Origin: Macrostomum lignano
Lineage: Eukaryota
Length of the DNA: 64,000 nucleotides
Direction of reading: 5' to 3'
NCBI GenBank assembly: GCA_002269645.1
Contig: NIVC01000121.1
Span: forward strand, 472,293 to 536,292
Positions within the stretch are counted from its first letter, which is position 1, and every line of letters begins with the position of its first letter. The position numbers and the translations under genes were made by a program. Of the stretch, positions 53,676 through 64,000 are shown piece after piece. The notes beneath the pieces were generated by a model that was not told the origin of the DNA, searched no databases, and saw only the letters and a list, made by a program, of their open reading frames with translations.

Positions 53676-55579
53676 GGAGGACCAAATAATAAAGGCTTCC
53701 TTCCCACTGCTATTTTTATTGGTTTGTGGTGACCAACCAAGTAGGTATTTCTCTGACTTGCTGAGCCCTTCTTCCCGCAAGGTACTGTACATGCCAAGGT
53801 TCGCACTCAAAACTAGTAGATTGGTTCTTAGAGCATTGGTTGCATGACTTGTCGTGAGCTATTGCTTTATTCCATGGTATTCTTTCCATGGTAAATCTAA
53901 GGGGATTAAATATATTTTATTCACTAAAATATGGTTTTGATTGCTCTTTAAGGTCGGCTGAGGGCAGGTCGTTTAATGCCATTATTGCAGTATATTGAAG
54001 ATCATTCTTAGTTAAATAGTGCTGTATACTCATATCTATACGAGTTCAGTTATAGATGCTGACATGCCAGTTTTAATCGCTAAAAATATGATTTTGATAG
54101 CATAAGTGAAGGGCAGAAGTGGAATATACAAAAACAATGATGGCCCTACTGCAAGCAGTCGATTGTGAAGAATCTCGCTGTTGAAACGGGACTCAAGCCT
54201 GCTACAGCCAAAGATTAAAGGGATTCTTCTCGGATGCTTTAAGCGAGTTCTCAATCGAAAAGTGCTAGGAAAGAGCTGAATTGTGAAAAGTGTGCATTTC
54301 ATGTATAAAATGATGGTGGAATCGTTCCGTTCAGATACACTAGGGTTGCCATTATTGCTGTGTCGCCTGCAAATATATAAAAACACCTGTTACGACTCTT
54401 TCAGTTTGACCCAGTATTTAAGACAGTAAAAGGTGTATTCGGCGTTTTTATTCTCGTTTACCGCTGTGACTACAGAGAACCGACAAATTGAATGGCACGC
54501 TTAAGAAGGAGGTGGTTGTCTCAAATGGAGGTCTCACATTGGCTGGTAACTAGTTCTTATCCTACTCGTACTTCTTACCCTTCTTCTCATTCTATCCTAA
54601 CCCTACTTCTCAGAGGCGCGTACCATAAATGTACCTTATATTTCTATGGTAACGTCTACCGCACGCAACTGCAACGTTACCTCAACCTGTCCAGCACATC
54701 ATTAAGGCCGCACCTACATGGTAGCCCTGGTGCGGAGTGGACCTGGGCTTTATTAATTTTGCCTATAGGCCGACCGCTTAACAGGAGAGAGTTGATTCCG
54801 CGCTCACCGGTGTTATTGCCCAAGGCCCAGAGTGTTCTCCTGCATTGCCTGTCAACGGTATGCATTCGCAAAGTTTTGAGAGGAGACGCTGCCCCTGATA
54901 CTGATAGAGCTGTGTAGCCCAAAAGCAATAAACTAGCTAGTTGCTAGGGAAGTCAGCTCTGCCACGGAGTGGGGATTTTAACGCATTGGTTGAGTTAGAT
55001 GCGGCCTCCCCTATCCTAGGCCTCTGTCCCTCACAATACTTTTAGACACCTCCCCGTCAACTGTAAATTCTTCTTCTCATCTCCGAAACATCCGTGCCTT
55101 CTCTAAATTCGTCCAAGTTGTCTCTTGGCCGGCCCGTTGCCAGGGGGGTCCGCGCCGCCATCGATCGGTTGTTCACCGCGGGCCTGCCCTCCGATGCAGT
55201 TCTGGCTGATATTCTCCTGGTCCGGCTCGAAATGATGGAGTGGGGTTCAGGGGCGCTCTAAATTGCGCTCGGATTTCTAACTCTTGTATTGATAATATAA
55301 AAGTAAGATAAATTTGGGTCCACGAGATTTGCCCGCAGACTCTCTGAGTTGCCCTTTTCCCGCCGAGGTTTGCCCGCAATGCTTTTTTCCTGCAGCGCAT
55401 TTAGATTTTGTCTGCATTGCCTCACAATTGCTTAGTAAGTCTTAAAAAGAGATTTTGGGTCAAAAAGATTTAGGAATATATGCACGAATTAATAGCTCAC
55501 AGATGTACCCAGTTGCATGTAAATAGAAATGAAACTCTACAAGTAAAACAAGCAGTTGATATGTAATTACTATCACATA

Positions 55580-55727
55580 CTGTTCACATCACTGTTCACA
55601 TCACTGTTCACATCACTGTTCACATCACTGTTCACATCACTGTTCACATCACTGTTCACATCACTGTTCACATCACTGTTCACATCACTGGTCAAATCAC
55701 TGTTCACATCACATCACTGTTGACATC
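55580..55727. repeat. 12-bp repeat (ACTGTTCACATC), about 12 copies
   Basis: Direct reading. Confidence 0.95.
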
Positions 55728-56711
55728 AGTGTTCACTAAAAAATTCGAATGTTTTCCTGGCTTTCCTATCTCTCCGACAGTTGATCGTCTGGGTGGGCTT
55801 TGGACCCATTTGATGATCATTCCATAACCTGTTTTGGCCATTATTGTTACACAATGCATCAGCGCTGTTCATCGTGAAGCTGGAACGCATATAGAAGGGG
55901 ACGAAACTTGATCGAACGAACCAGAGTTTCAAACTGCCGGTGACCAGGAAGTCCACAATGACCGAGACAAACAGTCAGGATGCTGCTGCGCTCGCCGTTG
56001 ACTCGATGACAAAGGCCGGGACAGGGCCTGGCCCTGAAGACTTTTTCCAGAGCCTGCAAAGATCGACTTTATAAGAAATAGAGCCTGAAGACCAGGCAAG
56101 GGTACGCGCGCGGAAAAGCTCCCACGCGGGCGTAATTGACATATGTTTTCAGTTATAGGGGCGGGTTGCATAATTGCACTTTTTATTTGTGCTACACATA
56201 TACATGTACAGTGCTAATGATATGTCTACAAGTACTCCTCGGGGATGTTACCTATCACATGTACTCGTACATATTGCAATCGTTAATCTCTGATGAGTAA
56301 GGGGTGTCGCTGTACGTACATGCCTCTGTACTCTGGTGGGGGTAGAGGTGTGGCATGGGGTGTCGGCCGCGCCGGCACTTATAGCCCTGCACGGCCGAGC
56401 CGTCTTGTCTCTGCCTCCATTTCTATTTTTATGTTTTCTTTACGAACCAATAAATAAAAACTCGCCTAAATAAATAAACGCTTCGCTTTATTACGTTTGA
56501 GATCCGCTTTCTCAGCCGCCAACCGTGTTCCACTCGTTAGGCCAATCTCTATACACGAGATACACGGTTTTTTAGCCCACGGTCTTTTAACCCATTGCCG
56601 GTGCATGTCTTACAGCTAGGTCTACGTCAAGAACAGCCGCTGTCTGCAGCTTTTTTCGGAACCGCTTTGACTTGTGACTTCTTCCGGCATGTTTAAAATC
56701 CTTGGTGTACA

Positions 56712-57260
56712 TAGCAAGGACGACTTAAGTAGAAGGACGGGAAACCTTGTTTCTTAGAAAATTTTAGAAGGCAGGTTTTCCCGAAAAAATACACTACGGA
56801 GATAGGAAGTTTTCATTTTTCAGTACAAAAATGGCTATTGCTTTTGATAGGAGGCAGATCCTGTGTTCACCTTTATTGTAATCATCTCTGTTACAAGTAT
56901 TTGTTACACAATCAGCTAAGAATGATAAAATAGACTCATAAAACCATGCAATGAGCCGAGTTGTGCATTTCAATGGTTTTTAGGCACAAGACTTGTGGAA
57001 ATGTACGTAGAATAAAAAATTAACATAGAATCCTAATTTTCTGAACGAAAAGCTCAATGAATATCGATGGAGCAATAAGAAAGGCACAACATATCAAAAG
57101 ATGAACACTGGATCTGCATCCTATCAAAAGCAATAGCAATTTTTGTGCTGAAGAAATGAAAACTTCCTATTTCTGTAGTGTATTTTTTGGAAAACCTGTC
57201 TTCTAAATTTTTCTAAGAAACGAGGTTTCCCGTCGTTCTACTTAAGACGTCCTCGTTAGT
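56712..57260. mobile_element. MITE of about 550 bp with ~160-bp imperfect TIRs
   Basis: GGACGACTTAAGTAGAAGGACGGGAAACC...GCAGATCCTGTGTTCA is mirrored by TGAACACTGGATCTGC...GGTTTCCCGTCGTTCTACTTAAGACGTCC. Confidence 0.8.
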
Positions 57261-58889
57261 GGTACATAGACTTTCGCAAGTTTAACGGATGAAAGTGCAA
57301 AAAATCTAAACAAAAGTGCCACTGATTAATAAAAAGTGGTTTATCTCAGCTAAACAATCTAACTGATTTAATGCAATCCTACTCCATTTTGTGTTTTCGC
57401 TAGCTTTCAGAAGGTTTACAGAAAGCACAATAATATTTTTTATAAATCAGCAACGTGATTTTATAAATGCACTGCAACTGGTCCGGGAGTAGTTTGCATC
57501 TTTGTCGAGTTCAGTGAATATGATTCTGATCTTCGCTTGAATGCTCCTGATTAGATCAAGACAAACCACAAATCAGTTATATTTCGTAGGCCTATTGTAG
57601 CTTCATTACACGTTTTAGCTAAACTGCTCAGAATGGTAGCAAGGCCTAGGGCCTTATAGAGTTATAAGGTTTTAAGTTTATATTTAAGAGTAAGGCTAGA
57701 TCCCCCTAATATATATATATATTAGCCTTAAATTTAATTTACACTAGGCCTAGTATTATAATTTGCAAAAAATATAATGAGTTCAATTGTTAAAAACATA
57801 GGCTCATCTATAAGTAAAGAAAAATGATGAATACAGGCCTATTTTAAAATCTATATTTATAGACAATAGAAAATGATATAAACCTTGTAAAATACAAAAT
57901 TCAAGTCAAATTGAATGATATTTTAGCCCTGTAGGCCTACTCTATATTATAAGGTGGGGACCTAAGTGAATAAATAAATAACTAAGCCTACTTTGATACA
58001 ACTTTGGAGTCAATGTGTTATATAGAGTCAGTATTAAATTGTTATATGACAGTATTGAATTGCTCTTTATATTTATTTTTTTGGTATAATTGGCATTTAA
58101 ATTTTGTTAATTTTATTCAATCTAATTAATCTAATCCAACTTAATCAATAGGCCTATTTATAGGTATATTAAAATTTGTTTTATAAATATATCATTATTG
58201 GCATTAGGAGAAATTTGAGATCATTATGTTCATACATGCCCAATACCCATCTGACCTGTCCAAATGGGAACTGGTTATTTTAGTGATAGTTACTTCAGTG
58301 ACATCCATTATGATGACAGGTTACTTTGGTGATAAATGCATATCCCATAGTCTGGATCATGGCAGGCATATACGCTGGAATGAAAATTCTAGTTTTTTTT
58401 TATTTTACTTTTTTATTTCAATTTTACAAATCAATTTGAAATTTAGGTTAAAATAGTTTTTTAGCAATTATTTTTGTCCTAATGTTCTGTCAAGTTAAGA
58501 TAAAAATATTTAAGGGACATAACTACTTTTTTTAAGTGAAGGGTTTCTAAGAAATAAACATGAAAATTAAATCTAACCCTTAATCTAACCTGTAATTTTC
58601 ATTTTACATTAGTACAAGTATAAGCTTTTGAAAAGTTCTATTTTTGACAAAATAAAAAAGTGTAAAAGTGATTGGCATGTTTCTGAAAAGTCCTTTTGCT
58701 TTGAAAAGAAATCTTAAAATAAGAAAATATGAGCTATTTCTTGGAAACAACTTACTTTAACAAAATAAAGACTTCCTTTTTGAAACTGGCCTATTTAAAC
58801 AAGGTATCAAATTATGAGAGACTTATTTAGAGTATTTATTTCAGCCTCAATATGAAATTATATACACATTATATTGTCACTAAGGTGGG

Positions 58890-59183
58890 CATACATGCGC
58901 AACAGTCGGCCGAGTTGGCCGATCCGGCCGACCGATTTGGTGGTGAACCAAGGAAGTCGCAAAAATGCCCACCCAAAAAAACCCAAGTAGTAGTAACTAA
59001 GTAGCTGACGAGGCATTTTAGCCTTATAAGACAGTCATAGTTACTCCTGCCGTTTACCCAAAGTTGCGTTAATTTTGCTTTAGGTTTTTTACATGTAAGT
59101 CGCATTTTTGGCCAAAAACTATGTCGCATTTTGTTAAAACTAAGTCGCATGGCCGACCGAATTTTGGAGGTTGCGCATGTATG
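58890..59183. mobile_element. hAT-type MITE
   Basis: 14-bp perfect TIR CATACATGCGCAAC / GTTGCGCATGTATG; 8-bp flanks AAGGTGGG / AAGGTGGC (7/8). Confidence 0.8.
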
Positions 59184-59932
59184 AAGGTGGCCTAACTTGT
59201 TACCAAAATGGATGTCACCAAAGTGACTGTCACCAAAGTAACTATAAATTTGTTCAAACTGGACAGGTGAAATAGCCACTAGCCAAGGTAATTTGCCAAA
59301 TTAAAAATGCAAAAAACAAAAAATTGGAGGAAGAAAGAAAGGAGAGGAAAAGAAAAGAAAAAGAAAAAAAGAAAAGAGAGAGAGAGGAAAAAGAGGAAAG
59401 AGAAAGAGAAAGAAAAGAAAAAAGAAAAAGACAAGAAAAGTCATATACAAAGTGAAAATTAGGTTGCAATCAATGGAACTAAGTCACAATCAAGAGGAAC
59501 TAAGTTGCAATTAGGAGGAACTAAGTTGCAATTGGGAAGAACTAAGTCGCAAATCTAGACAAAACTAAGTTGTACCAGATGGGTAAAATTTTGAGGTTGG
59601 GCATGTATGATTATGTTAAAGCATACTAAATGTTGCTCTGGTCTCTTGGCGCTTCTTTGCCAGCGCTTCTCTGGCATTGTCCTATGCTTGCCATAAAGAT
59701 AATCCTTTAGCTACTACAATTCTACAAAGACTAAGTTATTGCATGCCAAACTAAGTTATTTCTTGTCATAGATTTTTATCAATTATCAAATATACAGCTT
59801 CAAGTAGTTGGCAAATTATATTTGGATACATTGCTCACTTTAGATAGTACCAATAAAACCTCATCTTGGTATAATCTAAATTGTTAAGTAAATCAGCTCA
59901 ACTATAAGAAACTAGCAGAATTGTCATATGTA

Positions 59933-61314
59933 TGAGGGTTGTTTTGAAAGTTTGCAATCAAACATTTTTAACATTAATGGATTGAAAAATGTAATGCTAC
60001 TCTTCCTGCTTCTCAATATAGGCACCCTTGAGACTTATGCATTTGTGCCATCTCTTACGCAACTTCACAATGCTGGCAGCATAGAAATTGGCAGGTGACC
60101 TGCTGACTTACTAGCTGATAGCCAATGCCAGGGTCTGTAGAGAGCTATACTCTGGGTTTTTTAGGGTTGGAAATCTAGTTACCAGCTGGCCCTTGGGGCT
60201 CAAATCCAGTTGCCAATGGCTATTTTTGGTTGCCCATTAGCAATTAGCCACATTCTTGAGGATAGATATTTCCGAGGCTCATTAAACATGTTTGCACTGT
60301 ATGACTATGGAATGAGACTGTATGGGACTTGTGATTGACTTGTTATTCCCAAATGGTAGCTATTGTTGCCTGGCTGGTATGCAGCCTAGCATTGTCATGC
60401 TGAAGCAAGATGCCACAACTCAGCTTGCCATGTTGCTAAGCCTTGATAGCTTTATGCAACTTCTGCAAGACTTGGATTTGGACTTGGACTTGGTACTCAC
60501 TGTTGATTGTGGCACCATTGGGAAGCCATTCAATGAGCAGAATGCCCTCCTTGTCCAGATGACAGTGGCCATTTGCTTGGCAGCTAAAGGTGCAGTCAAG
60601 GCCTTGACAGGTGTGGGCTCTTGGCTAGCCTTCCACACACTGCTCTGTATCTTGGGGCTCTGGCGCACTATAATGGAACCAGGATTCATCCCTAGTCATA
60701 ATCCAATCCAAAAAGTTGAGATCACTGATTCACTGCGATTATGACTGGAGGAGCTGCTGATACACCTGGACCTGCTCTTGCTGCTGTCAGAATTTTTGGG
60801 ACCCAACAAGCAACAATACGCAACATATTGAGCTCAACCATCATCATTGAGTGAATGGCCATTGATGAGATGCCAGTAATGGTTGACAACTCTCCCACTG
60901 TGGCTTGGCAGTCAACATCCAGAGCACAACACACAAGCTTGATATTTGACCTGTTGACTGTGGTGGCAGGCCAGCTACTCCATAGAAGGTCATCGACCAT
61001 CACTTGTTAACCATGGTTTTTTATGTGCATATTTAACATATGTTGCTTGCACTTGCAAAGAATTTTCACTTGTTGCTTCCCTTGCTTTCACAAAAGCTAA
61101 ATGACACCCTGCTTTGCTTCTTTATTATTCAGCATAGTGAAAAAAATTAGTATGACTAAAAACACTGCAAAAAGGAAATGCCTGGCTTAAACAAGACCAC
61201 TCTAGCTTTAAAAAATTCAACATATGATATTTGTCTATGGTATAAAGTTTAAGACAAGGTAGTGACTCAAAAAAGATATGCATGTTTGATCGTGGACTTT
61301 TTGAACAACCCTCA
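59933..61314 (-). mobile_element. Decayed full-length mariner transposon
   Basis: TIRs TA|TGAGGGTTGTTTTGAAAGT and ACTTTTTGAACAACCCTCA|TA. Minus-strand remnants: HTH (ATVGELSTITGIS...WVPKILT), QSSVWK...K.MATVIW, GILLQHDNARLH and the C-terminus FYAASIVKLRKRWHKCISLKGAYIE. Many stops and frameshifts. Confidence 0.9.
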
Positions 61315-61598
61315 TATATATCTTTACAGTGTTAAAGTGTTATACTATTGAAATGTTAAAATCCATATGCTTTAGGGTATTATTTTAAGGTTAGTAGGGT
61401 CTTTTGGGTAATGGTAAGCATTTTCTTTGCATGATTAACAGTTTCAAAGTTATTTTTATTAATTTAAATTTGACTAGGCCTATATTTTGAACAGTTTGTT
61501 GTTTTTATTGCAAAAAACTAAATGCTAAAAAAGATTTGTACAACCATCAACAATTGCTTATCGACTTGAATAACTGCATGATTTCTATTATACCTTAG

Positions 61599-63109
61599 TA
61601 TGGCAGAAGATAAAAGTCGAAAAGGAGAGATTGATTCTCCAATCAGAGACATGATTGATGAGATCAACATAGATCCAAAGATGTCAACAACTAGCTCATG
61701 TTCTGGTAGAATTGTAGTCTACCAGGTATGTCTATTAGCTTTTAAAGAGTGTTTTCTTTGTTTTCAATATCCTAGATTTAAAACCTTGAATATTCTTGAT
61801 TATCAACTTAAAATTGTTTTAGAAGCTTGAAAATATTAGGAAGACCAACTGCAACTGGCTGCTGGTGCTTCATGAGCCAATTAACCTGGAACAGTTGCAG
61901 GACAGCTTGAGAAATGTCACAACTGGTGGCATCGTCTTTGCAAAGTTTGAGCCCTTCATTCTGCATTGTCAATGCGCTGATATGGAAACGGCTAGGTGTC
62001 TGGTAAAGCTTGTTTTTACTTTGTCATATTACCCTTTTCAGAACTTTTTTGGCTTCTAATCCTAGACTCCCTTAGCCAGCCTCTAAGGGTTCCCAGATCC
62101 CGAGTTGCTGCGCCAGGCTCCCAGATCCCGAGTTGCTGCGCCAGGCTCCCAGAGTGTCAGTTGGTGGGCCAGCTTCCCAGATCCGCAGTTGCAGGGCCAG
62201 CCTCCCAGATCCTCAGTTGCTGGGCCAGCCTCCTAGATCCTCAGTTGCTGGGTCAGCCTCCAGATCCTCAGTTGCAGGGCCACCCTCAGCTTCCCAGATC
62301 CTCAGTTGCAGGGCCACCCTCAGCTTCCCAGATCCTCAGTTGCAGGGCCACCCTCAGCTTCCCAGATCCTCAGTTGCAGGCCAGCCTCCCAGATCCTCAG
62401 TTGCTGGCCCAGCCTCCCAGATCCTCAGTTGCTGGCCCAGCCTTCCAGATCCTCAGTTGCTGAGCCACCCTCAGCATCTCAGATCCTCAGTTGCTGAGCC
62501 ACCCTCAGCATCTCAGATCCTCAGTTGCTGAGCCACCCTCAGCATCTCAGATCCTCAGTTGCTGAGCCACCCTCAGCATCTCAGATCCTCAGTTGCAGGC
62601 CACCCTCAGCATCTCAGATCCTCAGATCCTCATTGCAGGGCCACCCTCAGCTTCCCAGATCCTCAGTTGCTGAGCCACCCTCAGCATCTCAGATCCTCAG
62701 TTGCTGAGCCACCCTCAGCATCTCAGATCCTCAGTTGCAGGGCCACCCTCAGCTTCTCAGATCCTCAGTTGCAGGGCCACCCTCAGCTTCCCAGATCCTC
62801 AGTTGCTGGGCCACCCTCAGCTTCCCAGATCCTCAATCTTTCAAGCAATTCATGTTGATTTTGCAGTTGATCTGCGGTCTGAACAGTGGTTTTCGTGAAT
62901 CAGGAATCGTTGTGGGCAAAAATGACAGATTTACAGTGGTAAGCAGGTTTTTATCTACAAATAAAAAAGTTACGCATTGCAGTTATTCATGTAAATGTAT
63001 GCCTCGTTTACATATATTTGTCTGTCCAATTTTCTAGGCAATCAGATCTTCACAAATTATGGAAGTGCCACTCACCAACAATAGCGGCAAAGTAATTGTT
63101 CCTGATGAG
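61599..63109 (+). CDS. TYW3: tRNA wybutosine-synthesizing protein 3 (TYW3), four exons; first and last exons not located
   Basis: Exons 61599-61725, 61823-62002, 62867-62938 and 63038-63109, all GT-AG and phase 0. Motifs DKSRKGEID..I, TTSSCSGRI, CNWLLVLH, KFEPFILHCQC, SGFRESGI, AIRS...EVPL. Confidence 0.92.
62090..62832. repeat. 30-34-bp minisatellite (GGGCCACCCTCAGCTTCCCAGATCCTCAGTTGCA variants) in a TYW3 intron
   Basis: CAGATCCTCAGTTG recurs throughout. Confidence 0.95.
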
Positions 63110-64000
63110 GTATGAAACTCAGCTATTTGGGTTAAAATGTTTTAACGGGTAAAAATTTTGAAACTGAACATTTGAATGTCAAGAAGTCGCGTTGCTGAAT
63201 ACGATGACTGACTAAGTATTTGAATTGATCTGTTTATAGGAAAGACGTTTTTGCTAAAATTGATCACACATACTGTCCTAACCCGGGTCGGTTTGGGTGC
63301 CCAGTCTCGAGTACGATATAATATACGTAATATAACAGGCGTAGTGACGCTCTCTCTGTACTTTTATGGATACGAGCAGGCGTGACGACGCTCTGCGATA
63401 ATAGGTCAATCTTTCTAGTGTTGTGACACTCAGAGTTCACGCTGCGGCTCGAGAGTGTGATGGTACACTCTCGAGTGCTTCTAGTTTCGATACTGTTCTG
63501 TAGGTTGTACACACTAAATAGAGTAACGATACAGTACTACAATAAGTACTACAAAAGTACGCAGGGCGTGGGCAAAACGCAGAGTCACCAATAAATACCC
63601 CAAACCGTGGGGCAGACGGCCCCACCGGCTAAGCAACTACCAAAGAAAAGTGACTGGCCGCGCCGGCCAGCCAATCAAAACCCCGCCTAGGGGAGGGGCC
63701 CGCACCCGCGCCAAAGCTGGCTTGGCCGCAGCCAACCAGCCCTGAGCAGGCAGGGGCACGGCTGGGGAGGGGCACGCGCAAAGCCGCGCCGCCGGCCAGA
63801 CCCTGCCACGCCCGCCAACCCCCTAGCCAGCCCCAAAGTGCAACGCGCCCTGCCAACCGACAAGGGCGCATGCACTACAATACGACAAACTATTCTTAGT
63901 ATAGTTAATATAGGAAGACTAGCAATCTAAATTCTCAATCCCGTTGAGAAAGCAACAAAGAACGATAATCCTAACTCTCCTTTGATGCTTGGCCTACCAA

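Noticed and set aside
55780-56160. Coding-like GC-rich segment
   Set aside because: Every frame has stops and I could not match any motif with confidence.
63102-63118. Hammerhead ribozyme core (CTGATGAG...GAAAC)
   Set aside because: It coincides with the TYW3 exon end (PDE|GTATGA), and the 4-nt gap cannot form stem II.

Overview
Eukaryotic (animal) genomic DNA, rich in repeats and spliceosomal introns. It is probably from a free-living flatworm such as Macrostomum; this is an inference from composition, repeat load and gene content. Host genes: the 5' part of a Sidekick-type Ig adhesion gene (minus strand, 8367-5780), a secreted CAP/SCP-EGF-EGF gene (minus, 20217-~15700) and part of TYW3 (plus, 61599-63109). 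The main feature is a ~42 kb array (12.1-53.6 kb) of two-exon genes for small secreted proteins with a signal peptide, a PAN/apple module and an F-type (fucose-binding) lectin domain. The array has 7 PAN exons, 6 FTP exons and one FTP remnant. The lectin frameworks are nearly invariant, the five ligand-contacting loops are hypervariable and mosaic, and every PAN-FTP intron is phase 1. One copy has a rewritten fucose-binding motif. An RFX X-box-like palindrome lies 75-150 bp upstream of each start codon, which suggests a diversified lectin repertoire controlled by the ciliated-cell programme. The array is interleaved with a DIRS/Ngaro-type tyrosine-recombinase retrotransposon (inside one lectin intron), non-LTR fragments, two tRNA-derived SINE families, several MITEs and many mini/microsatellites. 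A decayed mariner lies to the right of the array. Most long ORFs in the supplied track are artefacts of tandem repeats.
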